Source: Octopus sinensis (lineage: Eukaryota). Taken from it: a stretch of 64,000 nucleotides of DNA. The notes beneath the pieces were generated by a model that was given only the letters and a program-made list of their open reading frames with translations, had not been told where the DNA came from and did not search any database. Positions 1-14,600 of this stretch are shown here, in pieces. Every line of letters starts with the position of its first letter. The first letter of the stretch is position 1. The DNA is taken from NCBI RefSeq assembly GCF_006345805.1, contig NC_043020.1, forward strand, positions 14,570,001-14,634,000, in the 5' to 3' direction. The position numbers were made by a program, and so were the translations under genes.

Positions 1-822
1 GCACAGATTTTTGTCAGTGAACAGGTCGCGGTCTTAAAGCGACGAAAATATTTTGACAAATTAAACTTAAATGTTGAATTGAATCGAACGGCTTTTGTGT
101 TTCTTAAATGGCTTACAAATACCTTCTACGCTGCAATTGTTTTCGTTTCAGCACACAACCTCAGATCAAATCACTTGCTATGCAAGTACATCTCCGTAAG
201 TCTTTTAATAATTTTTACTATAATCATTATAAATGCCAGTGTCAAAGTAAATGGAAAATTAAGGATGGGAACATATGTATTTTGTAACAGAGGTGACAGA
301 ATACAAGGGTTAATATCACTGCATACTATTACAGTACGTAAAGAGTATAATCATCGTCATCGTCGCTTAACGTCCGCTTTCCATGCTAGTATGGGTTGGA
401 TGATTTGATTGAGGACTGGCGAACCAGATGGCTGCACCAGACTCCAATCTGATCTAGCAGAGTTTCTACAGTTGGATGCCCTTTCTAACGCCAACCACTC
501 TGAGAGTGTAGTGGGTGCTTTTATGTGCCACTGGCACAAGGGCCAGTCAGGTGACGCTGGTAATGATCATGCTTGAATGGTGCTTTTTTTATATGCCACC
601 GGCACGAACACCGGTTAGCTGCTCTGGCAACGATCACGCTCGGATGGTGCTCTTAGTGCTCCACTAGCACGGATGCCATGTTGGAGGGTATTAGGAAACT
701 ACACACACGATGAAATTTGCAATGGAAAAATATGAGAGGTAAGCAACTTAAGTTGGCCCTGTTAAAGCAACAAAACATTTTTTTTTTTAGTATAAAACAA
801 GTGAAATGATTGTAAGAACAAT

Positions 823-1036
823 GGGATGCTGAAAAGTCCTGGCTTTAAGGGTATCACGAAAGTCCTCGTTGGAGACCCAACCTGACAAGTTCTTTTACAG
901 GGCTTAGAAAAAATGAAGAACTGCTGCAACAAGTGTGTGAATCTGAGAGGGGAATATGTTGAATAGAATCATAATTAACTGATCCCCCTGTATTTTCTTT
1001 TACTCAAAGCCAGGAACTTTTCCTCATCCCCTCATA
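823..1036. mobile_element. Mariner-derived MITE
   Basis: Inverted ends gctgaaaagtcctggct / agccaggaacttt. Related copies at about 39012-39380 and 39440-39655. Confidence 0.55.
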
Positions 1037-2004
1037 GTTTTACTAAGTGAAATCATTGGAAAATTATTCTGATCATTCACTGAAGGCATTTTTATCATAG
1101 ATTGACAATCCTTTGCGCTGAGAAAAAGAAATCTTTTTTAACATATGAGCTTGTCAGCAAGTACTGCTGAAAGCCACATCAATGACTTAGTAAGCATTTC
1201 ATAGCAGAAAACAACTTCCACCTGTGAAAGGTCTTGAGAAAATTTTCTATTGCACTTAATGATAGCACAGGTGTTGAATAAAAAAAAAATATTATTTTGT
1301 ATTTTTATTGGAAGAACTGACAAAAACCATAAAGTTATTGAAGAAGTACAAGATTTACTACCAATGAAGGTAAGATGTGGTTAGCAGGCTAGAAATGTAC
1401 ATTAAACATGAAGGATAGGATTAATCAAAACTTGTGGCAGTGGCAATGTATTTTGAATGGGTGGGCCTGGTTGAACTCCTCTCAAAAATAAAATGAACAA
1501 CTTCACTGTGATTTGAAGCCAAATATAGATTTTATGTCACTGCAAAACATTGAATGGTATCAAAAAGACTTTACTATAAAGACAATAAAAACTATATTTA
1601 ACATTGGTTTGCAAATTTGGCTTTCAATAAAAATAGATTTGATTACATTATCCACTTTGCTGTAAAATATGACTGCTTCTAATTATAAGCCATTCCTTCT
1701 CCACATCACATCCTCATTCTTGGCCTGTCGGGCCTTTCCTTCAGCATGTAACAGCCTTTTTTCTTGGAGTTTGAAACCCCTTTACTTCTTTGGCTCAAGT
1801 GATACAAATTCAGACAGAGATGAATGGCTTGCCCAATATACCCTTGAGATGTTATTGCTCTACAAAGTAACCTTAAGCCAACTCAGTGGACCTTAATAGT
1901 TCTTAGCAGGAGAAATATCTAAGATTTATTAGGTAATTAACTAAACTATTAGTTCAGAGTTTTAACTGACTGAATCAGCCTGCAACTCAAAATTATTAAG
2001 CATC

Positions 2005-2395
2005 TTACTAACAATAACTCTGAGCACCTTTTCAGACTCCACCCGTCTAACACCCGTGGACATATTTACAAAGTCAGAAAACAGCACAGCTGCCATGACT
2101 TTCAGAAACATTGTTTCACGCTGAGAGTTGCTGAAGCATGGAACAAACTGCTGGCATCAGTTGTTAGTTGTCGGAGCACTGCATCCTTCAAAACTTCCAT
2201 GCTTCCTGAGATTCGCCAACACTACACCTGATTTTCTCCCCTCCAAACACACACAAGCATGTATCTGACTCATACACTGTTCACTTCCCAGACATTTGAA
2301 CATTCCTGCATATGCTTTATACGCACTTTCTGACAAGTTGTGGTGCACCTGAGCACTGTATACAATAATTTCATTATTATATTATTTTTTATTAT
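2005..2395 (+). mobile_element. 3' fragment of a related CR1/L2-type LINE
   Basis: Shares acaaagtcagaaaaca...agagttgctgaagcatgg...gtgcacctgagcactgta and a tta tail with 20588-20848. Confidence 0.85.
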
Positions 2396-2479
2396 AACTC
2401 CTAATTAGATCTCACCATCACAATGTACTGAAAGAGCTTGCTTTGTCCCATGCTCAAATCAACATTGATGTGTTCTTAA

Positions 2480-3012
2480 ATATAAACAGTACTCAACTAG
2501 ATCTCATACAGTTGCTTCAAATGTTAAGCTTCACTATCACTCCTTTTTTAAAGCATGTTCTTAATATAAATAGGACAGTACTCTTTTTGGGTAGCCGTGT
2601 GTCAGGCATTCAAAGAATGTGGCCTATCCACCTGACCTGTGCAATCCTCAGCAGAGTGGAAATGCTTGGCAGACGAGCTTGAGAGAGGACCTCTGTGTCT
2701 GGGACCTTCAAAGATACACTCAAAGCCTCACCGAAGTGCTTTCAGAACCACCCTGACACCTGGGAAATGCAGGTACAGGACTGCCCTGCCTGGCGTAACT
2801 GCACTAGCAGAGGTGCCATCTCCTACAAACAAAAAAGGATCACAGGAGCACAAAGAAACACAAGCTGTCCTTGCCTTCATTCCCACAGAGCACCAGTATC
2901 TGACCTGTGGCAGAACCTTTCGAGCATGCACAGGCCACATCTGGATGCACTTGACCCATCTTCTTCCATGTCATGTCCTGGTCATCATTGATGACAGACA
3001 AGCATTATTATC
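2480..3012 (+). mobile_element. Degenerate RTE-clade LINE 3' end
   Basis: Frameshifted FKDTLKAS...DTWE...AWR and CGRTFRA motifs, typical of an RTE ORF C-terminus. Confidence 0.7.
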
Positions 3013-4032
3013 AGGATAGTAGCCAAAGACCTCCTTTCTTGTCAGGGCTACATAATCATCATCATCATTTAGCGTCTGCTTTCCATGCTAGCATGGGTTG
3101 GACGGTTCAACTGGGGTCTGGGAAGCCAGAAGGCTGCACCAGGCCCAGTCTGATCTGGCAATGTTTCTACGGCTGGATGCCCTTCCTAATGCCAACCACT
3201 TCGTGAGTGTAGTGGGTGCTTTTTACGTGCCAGATGGGGCTGGCAAACGGCCACGGTAAAAAATTCAGTCTTCTGATCATTTGTCAATAAGCTTGTACTG
3301 AAAGAAGGTTGTCATTCAGTAATAAAATTTGAAGAGCTGAAGCATTCTAGAATTAATGGTTTAGCATTTAAACTGGCCATATCTGGTCCATATATTCTAC
3401 CTCTTTTATGTTCAAACTGGTTATATCCAGCCTTTCACACCAGTCTTGCAATGTCATTCTAAAAATAAATAATCACATTATCAAAATCTCACAACTACGA
3501 GATAATACACGATGAATTGAAAACACTGTGAATAAATAAGCATTACATTTGACAAAGTAATCTGAATTCCATCCAATGTTATGTTTTGGAAGAAGAAGGA
3601 TTTAGTCAGACCAATTGATCAGGATATACGACATGCAGATGAAATCAATAATCCAGTATGCTCTGAGATTCAAACATTATTCTAAATAAATCCATGGTTT
3701 ACTAATTATTGTAAATGCTTTAAAGGCAGGACTGTTAGCATACCAAACAGGGTGGCATTTCGTCTGTGTTCAAATTCAGCTGAGGTCGACTTTGTCTTTC
3801 ATCCTTTTGGGGTTCAATGAAATAAGTACCAGTTACACACTGGAGTCGATGTTGCTGACTATCAACCTCCTGCCCTCAAACATTCAGGTCTTGTGCCTAG
3901 AGCAGAAAGGATTACAAGAAATGTTTTACATACATCAACAATGGTGGATTTGGTTTTTGTTTGCTAATTAACTAAAATGAAGCCAAACTGTGGCTGATTA
4001 GCTGTGAAGATTACTTGCAGGATGAGTAATTA

Positions 4033-4356
4033 GTTAAGTTAAGTTAATTTTTTGGCTCAAAAAGCAAAAAGCAAGGCCATGTAGGGGGACATGGAGTTAT
4101 GTACAGGGAGGGTGTTCATGCAAAGAGTTCAGGCCATTTCTGGTCAAGAGAGACTTTGAACCAAGCGGTCGTCGGCATCTTTACTATCTCGTCCGGCAGC
4201 TTATTCCACAGATCCGCAACCTGGACAGAGAAAGCCCCTCTCCTTCGATTGAGATGAAATTGTCGCAGATAGAGCTTTGCGGAGTGACCCCGCAGCCGAC
4301 GATCTGGAGCAGGAGTGAAGAACAGCTCTTTCGAGAGGTTACACTTTCCGCTTATA
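4033..4356 (-). mobile_element. 3' fragment of a second CR1/L2-type LINE with (TTAAC)n tail
   Basis: Minus strand encodes FFTPAPDRRLRGHSAKL...FSVQVADLWNKLP. Tail at 4033-4047. Confidence 0.75.
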
Positions 4357-4554
4357 ATTAGAGTGTGAGAAACTGATGAGAGAAGGTCAAGTAATTAGCA
4401 ACAGAAACATAACAGGATTTGCCTTTATTTGCTGACAATAGGGGAGTCAATGGAACTCAGGGCTCGTAATTCTAACCTTTCTAAACATTTTTTGCAGTTT
4501 GCATAACCAGACAATTCTATCATTTAAACATATGGCACACACATCTATCTAGAT

Positions 4555-5257
4555 CAGTGTTCACCAACCTGCTTTCTCTTAGGCCCTACAATAACTTTCC
4601 AGAAAAATGTATGCCCCAGTTGATGGAAAAAAAAAAATTAATTTTAATATTTTATCACAATTAGGCGCAGGAGTGGCTGTGTGGTAAGTAGCTTGTTTAC
4701 CAACCACATGGTACCGGGTTCAGTCCCACTGCGTGGCACCTTGGGCAAGTGTCTTCTACTATAGCCTCGGGCTGACCAAAGCCTTATGAGTGGACTTGGT
4801 AGGCGGAAACTGAAAGAAGCCCATCGTATATATGTATGTGTGTGTGTTTGTGTGTCTGTGTTTGTCCCCCTAGCATTGCTTGACAACCGATGCTGGTGTG
4901 TTTACGTTCCCGTCACTTAGCGGTTCGGCAAAAAGAGACCAACAGAATAAGTACTGGGCTTACAAAGAATAAGTCCCGGGGTCGATTTGCTCGATTAAAG
5001 GCGGTGTTCCAGCATGGCCGCAGTCAAATGACTGAAACAAGTAAAAGAGTAAAAGAGTAATTATTTAATACAAAAGAATCTACCCAGTAATTCTTTTATT
5101 AAGTATTGAGTACAAAATAAGTACATCATTGACTAAGAAAATAAAAAATTAAATGACTTTAATGAGAACCATGTGCCTGGCGACTACAGCATCACACCTG
5201 ACCGCAATTTTTCTGGGTCTCACCAGCGAGGTGTATGCCCCATGCTGGGATAAACTG
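4555..5257. mobile_element. Old hAT-type MITE interrupted by a SINE
   Basis: Ends cagtgttcaccaac / gctgggataaactg; SINE inserted at 4664-5058. Confidence 0.5.
4664..5058 (+). mobile_element. tRNA-derived CORE-type SINE (representative). Other copies: 5545-5966(-), 7172-7622, 9485-9900, 22353-22755, 29800-30191(-), 34308-34702, 47039-47439, 52141-52541, 54938-55341, 59245-59623(-), 63476-63910, plus partial copies
   Basis: A-box tggctgtgtgg, B-box ggttcagtccc, CORE-like accttgggcaagtg, internal (TA)n(TG)n and (aagagta)n tail. Confidence 0.9.
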
Positions 5258-5775
5258 ATCTAAGCAGATAGATAGACAGACAGATAGATAGATAGAATGT
5301 AATATTGAAGCTTAATCTTTAGTAGATCTAGTTTCAGTTCCCTATTTTTCTCTGATGTTGCCTCAGTGTACTTGCTCAACCTGCTAGAAATAACAGCAAG
5401 ATTATACCCCATCATTTTAAATAAAAAAACGGAAAGATACACTGAATAATGGATTCATAGGGAATGAGTGCAGAAAAATACTAAAATTGTCACAGCTGGA
5501 GCAATTTTGATCAGAAAGATTTATGGCAACTAAGAAACCCTGACATCTGGAGAGTGATATATTTCTCTTTTACTTGTTTCAGTCATTTCGACTGCGGCCA
5601 TGCTGGAGCACCGCCTTTAATCGAGCAACTTGACCCTGGGACTCATTCTTTGTAAGCCCAGTACTTTTTCTATCGGCCTCTTTTGCCGAACCGCTAAGTT
5701 ACGGGGACATAAACACACCAGCATCAGTTGTCAAGCAATGCTAGGGGGACAAACACAGACACACAAACATATACG

Positions 5776-5811
<36 letters not shown>

Positions 5812-7336
5812 CATATATACGACGGGCTTTTTTCAGTTTCCGTCTTACAAATCCACTCACAAGGCTTTGGTCAGCCCGAGGCTATAGTAGAAGACACTTG
5901 CCCAAGGTGCCACGCAGTGGGACTGAACCCGCAACCATGTGGTTGGTAAACAAGCTACTTACCACACTTCTGTCTGTCTAATATTTAAACTTTAAACAAC
6001 TTAAATTAAGAGAGAGCTTCTGCAGAAATAAGTCACCCACCATGTGGCATACACCAATAATAATGAAGATAAATTGGTCCAGTGATGGGGAATGGGGCCA
6101 CATGATAATTATTTCTACTCTAAGCACAAGGCCTTGAAAATTTTTGGCGAAGTGGGATAGCCAATTACATCGACCCCAGTGTATAACTGGTATTTAATTT
6201 ATTGACACTGAAAAGATGAAAGGCAAAGTTGACCTCAGCGGAATTTGAACTAAGAACATAGAGGCAGACAAAATACTCATTTCTTTACTACCCACAAGGG
6301 GCTAAACACAGAGGGGACAGACAAATGGATTAAGTCGATTACATTGATCCCAGTGCGTAACTGGTACTTACTTAATCGACCCCAAAAGGATGAAAGGCAA
6401 AGTCGACCTCGGCGGAATTTGAACTCAGAACGTAGCGGCAGACGAAATACGTCTAAAAATTTCGCCTGATGTGCTAATGTTTCTGCCAGCACACCGCAGA
6501 CAAAATACTATTAAGCTTTTCGTCTGGCGTACTAACAATTTTGCCAGCTTGCAGTCGGGGGGGGGGGGGGCACATGGTAATGACACAAAAAAGGTAATGA
6601 ACCAGTATTGAAGTGTCTGATCAAACTCTATCATGGTTTCACATCTTAATGAGTTGGTTCAAATCCTTTCACAAATAACTGACACTCTGCTGGTTACAAT
6701 GATGAGAGTTTCAGTTGGTCTGATCAATGGAACAGCCTGCTTGTGAAATTAACATGCAGGTGGTTGAGCACTCCACAGACATGTGTACTCCTCACGTAGT
6801 TCTTAGAGAGATTCAGTGTGACACAGAATATAAAAACGATGGTGCTTTGAATTACTTCTACAACTCATTTTTGCCAGCTGAGTGGACTGAAGCAACATGA
6901 AATAAAGTGTCTTGCTCAAGGACACAACACTCTGCTGGGAATTGAACTTATGACCTTATGATTGTGAACTGAACACTCTAATCACTAAGCCATGCGTCTT
7001 CACCCTTTCACAATCATAAAAGACTTAACCCATTAGTGTTTAAACTGACCATATTTTGCTCAAATATTTTACCTGCTACTAAGTTAAAACTGGCCAGAAC
7101 TGTACTCTTACAAGGATCCTACAATGTAATTCTAAAAATAAGGAATCACATCACCAAAATTGCAAAGATATGGCGCAGGAGTGGCTGTGTGGTAAGTAGC
7201 TTGCTTACCAACCACATGGTTCCGGGTTCATTCCCACTGCGTGGCACCTTGGGCAAGTGTCTTCTACTATAGCCTCGGGCCGACCAAAGCCTTGTGAGTG
7301 GATTTGGTAGACGGAAACTGAAAGAAGCCCGTCATA

Positions 7337-7404
<68 letters not shown>

Positions 7405-7821
7405 TGTTTGTGTGTCTGTGTTTGTCCCCCTAGCATTGCTTGACAACCGATGCTGGTGTGTTTATGTCCCCGTAACTTAGTGGTTCGGCAAAAGAGACCG
7501 ATAGAATAAGTACTGGGCTTACAAAGAATAAGTCCCGGGGTCGAGTTGCTAGACTAAAGGTGCTGCTCCTGGATGGCCGCAGTCAAATGACTGAAACAAG
7601 TAAAAGAGTAAGAGTAAAGAGTATATGAGATAATTCGTGATTAATTTGAAATAATGGGAATAAACAAGGATTACATTTGACAGAGAAATTTGAATGCCAA
7701 ACAGAATTGAACATAACCAGCACACTGAAATAACAGAATGAAAGGTGAACAAGGCAAAGTCAGCCTCTTCAAGTGGTAAAAAGATGCAGGTGCAAGCATG
7801 GCTATATGGTAACGTTTCTGG

Positions 7822-9135
7822 TGGCGAGCTGGCAGAAACATTAGCACGCCGGGCGAAATGCTTAGTGGTATTTCGTCTGCCGCTACGTTCTGAGTTCAAA
7901 TTCCGCCGTGGTCGACTTTGCCTTTCATCCTTTCGGGGTCGATAAATTAAGTACCAGTTACACACTGGGATCGATGTAATCGACTTAATCCGTTTATCTG
8001 TCCTTGTTTGTCCTCTCTGTGTTTAGCCACTTTTGGGTAGTAAAGAAATAGGTATTTCGTCTGCCGTTACGTTCTGAGTTCAAATTCCGCCGTGGTCAAC
8101 TTTGCCTTTCATCCTTTCGGGGTCGATAAATTAAGTACCAGTTACACACTGGGATCGATGTAATCGACTTAATCCGTTTATCTGTCCCTGTTTGTCCCCT
8201 CTGTGTTTAGCCACTTTTGGGTAGTAAAGAAATAGGTATTTCGTCTGCCGTTACGTTCTGAGTTCAAATTCCGCCAAGGTCAACTTTGCCTTTCATCCTT
8301 TCGGGGTCGATAAATTAAGTACCAGTTACACACTGGGATCGATGTAATCGACTTAATCCGTTTATCTGTCCCTGTTTGTCCCCTCTGTGTTTAGCCACTT
8401 TTGGGTAGTAAAGAAATAGGTATTTCGTCTGCCGTTACGTTCTGAGTTCAAATTCCGCCGTGGTCGACTTTGCCTTTCATCCTTTCGGGGTCGATAAATT
8501 AAGTACCAGTTACACACTGGGATCGATGTAATCGACTTAATCCGTTTATCTGTCCTTGTTTGTCCCCTCTGTGTTTAGCCACTTTTGGGTAGTAAAGAAA
8601 TAGGTATTTCGTCTGCCGTTACGTTCTGAGTTCAAATTCCGCCGAGGTCAACTTTGCCTTTCATCCTTTCGGGGTCGATAAATTAAGTACCAGTTACACA
8701 CTGGGATCGATGTAATCGACTTAATCCGTTTATCTGTCCCTGTTTGTCCCCTCTGTGTTTAGCCACTTTTGGGTAGTAAAGAAATAGGTATTTCGTCTGC
8801 CGTTACGTTCTGAGTTCAAATTCCGCCGTGGTCGACTTTGCCTTTCATCCTTTCGGGGTCGATAAATTAAGTACCAGTTACACACTGGGATCGATGTAAT
8901 CGACTTAATCCGTTTATCTGTCCTTGTTTGTCCCCTCTGTGTTTAGCCACTTTTGGGTAGTAAAGAAATAGGTATTTCGTCTGCCGTTACGTTCTGAGTT
9001 CAAATTCCGCCGAGGTCGACTTTGCCTTTCATCCTTTCGGGGTCGATAAATTAAGTACCAGTTACACACTGGGATCGATGTAATTGTCTGTCCTTGTTTG
9101 TCCCCTCTATGTTTAGCCCCTTGTGGGCAATAAAA
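7822..9135 (+). repeat. Tandem array: one SINE head plus 7 x 184-bp SINE bodies
   Basis: ggtatttcgtctgccg recurs at 7867, 8051, 8235, 8419, 8603, 8787 and 8971. Confidence 0.95.
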
Positions 9136-9484
9136 AGAAATAAGAAGCTTACTTCTCAACCACATGGTTCCAGGTTCAGTCCCACTGTGTGGTTGACCAA
9201 AAGCCTTGTGAGTGGATTTGGTAGATAGAAACTGAAAGAAGCCTGTCATGTGCGTGCGTGTGTGTGTTTGGTTGTTTGTCCCCCACCACTGTTTGGTAAT
9301 CGGTGTTGTGTTTACATCCCTGTAACTTAGCAGTTTGGCAAAAGACACTGATAAAATAAGTACCAGGTTTAAAGAAAAAGAAAGTACTTGGGTTTATTCA
9401 TTTGACTAAAACTTCTTCAAGGCGATGCCCCAGCATGGCCGTAATCTAATGACTGAAACAAGGTAAAGATAACAGTGACGCCAT

Positions 9485-9900
9485 AGGCGCAGGAGTGGCT
9501 GTGTGGTAAGTAGCTTGCTAACCAACCACATGGTTCCGGGTTCAGTCCCACTGCGTGGCATCTTGGGCAAGTGTCTTCTGCTATAGCCCCGGGCCGACCA
9601 ATGCCTTGTGAGTGGATTTGGTAGACGGAAACTGAAAGAAGCCTGTCATATATATGTATATATATATATATATGTGTGTGTATGTGTTTGTGTGTCTGTG
9701 TTTGTCCCCCTAGCATTGCTTGACAACCGATGCTGGTGTGTTTACATCCCCATCACTTAGCGGTTCGGCAAAAGAGACCGATAGAATAAGTACTGGGCTT
9801 ACAAAGAATAAGTCCCGGGGTCGATTTGCTCGACTAAAAGGCGGTGCTCCAGCATGGCCGCAGTCAAATGACTGAAACAAGTAAAAGAGTAAAAAGAGTA
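9485..9900 (+). mobile_element. CORE-type SINE copy
   Basis: Full-length match to 4664-5058. Confidence 0.9.
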
Positions 9901-11304
9901 ACCATTTGTAATTTTGTCAGCAATGGTTCTTTGATTCCGATATTTGGGAATGTAGTAGAAGAGTAAACAAGGATGTCTGACAATGGAATTTGGGGGTCAA
10001 TGGGTGCAGGTGAGGAGTTAATGTTGAGATGGATGCCTTTCTTTTTTTTTTTTTGCTATTGGTCAGTGAAGGAATGACAATATTTATACACTTTGGAGTC
10101 CTTCCACTCCATATCAATGAGACCAATGTAGGTGATATTCAGTTTGAACATCCTGTAGGGGGTACGGTCTGTGGAAAAAGTGGGAGATGAAAGAGGTGAA
10201 AGGGTGTTTAACCCTTTCGTTACTGTATTTATTTTGAGATACTCTGTGTTTCTTCCAATTAATTTTAAATATAACAAAGAATTTAGTAAAATAACCTAGT
10301 TATCATTAAGCTTGTATTAGGAACATAAATTGTGACTAAGTTTTTGGTAGAAGATTTTAATTCAAAAATTCTGAAAACAAGACATATGTACTACAGAGCC
10401 AGAGCCGGTTTCAGCCAGGTTGGTAACAAAAGGGTTAATGATATGGAATCTGGGGTACAGTGCAGAATGAGGATGATGGAAGGAGAGTGAAGTGGAGGAG
10501 GAGATGATGAAGAAGAAGAAGACAAAGAGGAAGGGGAGGAGTAGGAGGCAAGAGAAGGAATGGTGCATACATGAGTCAATAGCTAGAGCATGTTGGTGAA
10601 AGAGTCTTTGGCAATCAGTTGAATGGTCTTCATTTGGGTGCTATTTAAGGTGTCTGTCTTGTATGTCTATCCAATATTGTTGGGGACAGTCAAGAGCAGT
10701 CAGTGGATTTAATGGGGTGAAGGAACTCATGATGTTATTTCAGAAGAGTTAATAGACAGAATCCTTAGAATGTTGCTCTAAGTGAATTTGCTCCATGTCT
10801 TTACATTTTGAGTTATGTAAAACCTGGCAACAATGTCTCTTCTTTCTGATACAATTTCTTTCGGCCAAATAATGGGTTTTTCATGAAACACTTGAAATAT
10901 GTTAGGCATGTGAGTTTTTAACCTGAGTTTTGTCCCTAAGGAGTTTAGCAATGTGTTGCAACGGCCATCCGATCGTGGCCGTTGCCAGCCTCGTCTGGCA
11001 CCTGTGTCGGTGGCACGTAAAAGCACCCACTACACTCACGGAGTGGTTGGCGTTAGGAAGGGCATCCAGCTGTAGAAACATTGCCAGATCAGACTGGGCC
11101 TGGTGCAGCCTCCTGGCTTCCCAGACCCCAGTTGAACCGTCCAACCCATGCTAGCATGGAAAGCGGACGCTAAACGATGATGATGATGTTGCAGTGAGGA
11201 TAAAAATATGGTTGAATAGAGGTTTATTGTATGGCAGAGATAGCTCAGATCTTCGACTCCTGATAGAATCATACAGTGGAAGGGGAAGCATCATTCTGAC
11301 ATAC

Positions 11305-11660
11305 AACAAATGGAAATTGTAGTTAAGATACCTGTGCTGGTGACACGTAAAAAGCACCGTCCGAACTTGGCAGATGCCAGCGCCGCCTGACTGGCATCTG
11401 CGTCGGTGAAACGTAAAAAGCACCAACCGATCATGGCCGTTTGCCAGCCTCCTCTGGCCCCTGTGCTGGTGGCATTTAAAAAGCACCCACTACACTCATG
11501 GAGTCGTTGGCGTTAGGAAGGGCACCCAGCTGTAGAAACACTGCCAGATCAAACTGGAGCCTAGTGCAGCCTCCTGGCTTCCCAGACCCCAGTCGAACCG
11601 TCCAACCCATGCTAGCATGGAAAACAGACGTTAAACGATGATGATGATGATGATGATGAA
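11305..11660 (+). mobile_element. (GAT)n-tailed RTE-associated non-autonomous element (representative). Other copies at about 351-680(-), 3053-3256(-), 10962-11188, 28090-28350(-), 31480-31866, 40289-40520(-), 46338-46642, 48675-49160(-), 56266-56520(-)
   Basis: Shared ggttggcgttaggaagggcatccagc...acccatgctagcatggaaa...(gat)n 3' part, with a variable number of internal about 63-bp units. Confidence 0.8.
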
Positions 11661-14600
11661 CAAGACTTGTACATCTAAACTTAGGGCAGTCTATTCCCCT
11701 CTGTGTCTGATAACAATCAGGAGAGACCGTTACTCACTTTTTTTTTTCCAAAAGAGAAGAAACAATGCCAGTATTAAGTTGGCCTAGAAATGGTGAGAGA
11801 ATGAGAACATGCATGAGAGAATGTGAAGAAATTGCAGAGGGTGTTTTATCCAATGTTCTGACATATTTACCAATATGGTGCAGAGATGTAATGACATGTA
11901 ATGCCATATCATTATATATAATGATGAGTAATTAGTGGAAATGAAATAAGTCACTAATTAACGAGGTGGAAAAATAGGCTTGATATAATGGATGCAAAGC
12001 AAAAAGTCATATACCAATGAAGATAATTATAAAATTAAACTAAAATACTTGAAATGATTTGGTTTAATATTTAATTATTAAATATATTCTGTGATTTATA
12101 TAACATTTATGTTGGAATATTTATCACCATTTAAGTTATTAAAATTGTTTTTTTGGGGGAAGGTTTTTTTTTAATATTTTAAAAATAAAAACACACAAAT
12201 GAAAAATAAAATAAAATAAAAAAATCCATCTACAAAAGGAATCCATATGACAATGTTTTAACACAATGTTTATGAAAAAAAAAAATAAGGGGAGAAAGAC
12301 ATGAATATGGTTTAGAAAAGAGATATAAAATAACTTACAAATAAGAGATATAAAATAAGTTACAACCATCAATGCTTATTTTTCACAAATGTATGACAAA
12401 ATATAAACAAAAATAAATAACATCAAAATCAACAAACATCACCAACATTGCTTTTTTTACATCGATTTGTCAAAGTTGCAACTGGATACTCAGCTGTGCA
12501 AAAATGCATTTATCTAGCTTGTTCCATTTTTGTTTTACTCATTTATAAACTTTATAAGATTGATATTTTCCAGACAGTAACTTTTTCTAACCATCTTCTA
12601 ACTGAGCCATTACAAACAACTACACAACTAACTTCATTTTTCTAATTGTATCAAAACAATTTAAAATTGCCCTTTCCAGCATCTACCACAAGAAATTTAT
12701 GTATTAGCCTTAACCTCAAAATATTACATTTCTTTCTCCTCTCCAACCAACTATAGTTAATTTTTCCCTAGATAACCATAAGTATTGGCTTCAAATTTTG
12801 GCACAAGGCTAGCAGGTTTGGGGGGGGGGGGCAAATCAATTAAATTGACCCCAGTGTTCAACTGGTACTTATTTTATTGACACCCCCGAAAGAGATGAAA
12901 GGCAAAGTCGACCTCGGTGAAATTTTGAACCCAGAACATAATGATGGACAAAATGCTAGTAAGCCTGGCGTATTCGCGATTCTGCTAGCTTACCTATTTC
13001 TTTACTACCCACAAGGAGCCAAACACAGAGAGGACAAACACACGGATTAAGTCGATTATATCGACCCCAGTGCGTAACTGGTACTTATTTAATCAACCCC
13101 GAAAGGATGAAAGGCAAAGTCAACCTCGGCAGAATTTGAACTCAGAATGTAACGGCAGACGAAATATGGCTACGCATTTCGCCCGGTGTGTTAACGTTTC
13201 TTATTTCATTATTGCCCACAAGGGGCTAAACACAGAGGGGACAAACATGGACAGACATAGGGATTGAGTCGATTACATCGACCCCAGTGCGTAACTGGTA
13301 CTTATTTAATCAACCCCGAAAGGATGAAAGGCAAAGTCAACCTCGGCAGAATTTGAACTCAGAACGTAACAGCAGACAAAATACGGCTATGCATTTCGCC
13401 CGGTGTGCTAATGTTTCTGCCAGCTCGCCACCTTTTACTAACCATCAATACTAACCCCAATCTACCATTTGCTCAGTTAACTCACCTCTGCCTCAACCAC
13501 CCCTCCCAACTACTAATCTACTTCTGCTACTCGTGGCTGTCACTCAAAGCCTATTACTACTACTATTACTGTTATACTGCTGTGATATCTACACTGACTT
13601 GGTGGAGAAACTACAGAACAACTTCCTAGTTCTGCTAGTGATACACAAGAATCTAGTGATAGAACCTGCCCTGATTAAATCAATAAACAAGATTCAGCTG
13701 AACTCGATGGACAGCATAAATATTCTCCTTGTAATTAGGTGTTACTTTAACAAGAAAATAAGTTTCATCAGTAGAGCTAACATTTATTCGGGGTCTATTT
13801 TTTTCCCTTCATCTACCATTTCCAATCGCATCCATGACAATACGGTCATCTGCTTCCCTTGCAAACATTAATCAATATTTTTTTTTATAAATTGCTCCAG
13901 TAAATTAATATAATTAGTGTTCCTAATACTAAATTCAAAGTTGTTTTTATTCCTACACCCTGACCCCTCACACCATACCACCCATTGCATGGCTGTATTA
14001 CAAAATTAAATTTCAGTTTTCTATTTATTCCAACTTGCACAAATCTCAGGCTGCTGTAAAGTCTTTGACTCAAATAGTTGTTGTTGCTTTAGTCCCAGGT
14101 CAGCTCCGAGCAAAGGCGCTCCAGCCGTGACCAGCCCCTCTTCATCTTGGCACAGTGCACCTAAGAGTGCATTATCCAATGTGTGCTTTTCTAAGACACT
14201 AGAGTGTGATGTGATGATATGCGGGAGATTTGGCTGCAATTTTCAGCAGGACAAGCAACTGCATAGCAGCTACCTCCCATGTGAAAAGTAAATAGCATAT
14301 GTAAATCACTAAACTAGTGTTGCAATAATTTTCATAGGTTAATGAGTGCAGAAGCAAGAGTTAATGAAGTCAGTGATAGGAGTTTGTAGTTGTTCAAAGA
14401 ATAAAATTATTTTAAATAATTGAGTTTTAAAAAAAATCCTATTCATCTTTGCACTGAAAAGATTTTGTTTCATAGAAAAAAATGTTTGTCAAGGGTGATA
14501 TATGTCAGCTTATTTGTAGCAAAAGTGTGCTGTAAATATAAAAAACTTGCTTGCAAAAGAGAGGAAAATTAAAGAGTTTTACAAAGAGGACAGCAAGTGG

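Noticed and set aside
4644-4886. Recurrent small ORFs (MSSNARGTNTDTQ..., MLGGQTQTH...) throughout the window
   Set aside because: Antisense translations of SINE copies.
7822-9135. Possible tRNA or snRNA gene cluster
   Set aside because: The units are bodies of a dispersed SINE, with no complete cloverleaf or snRNA motif.
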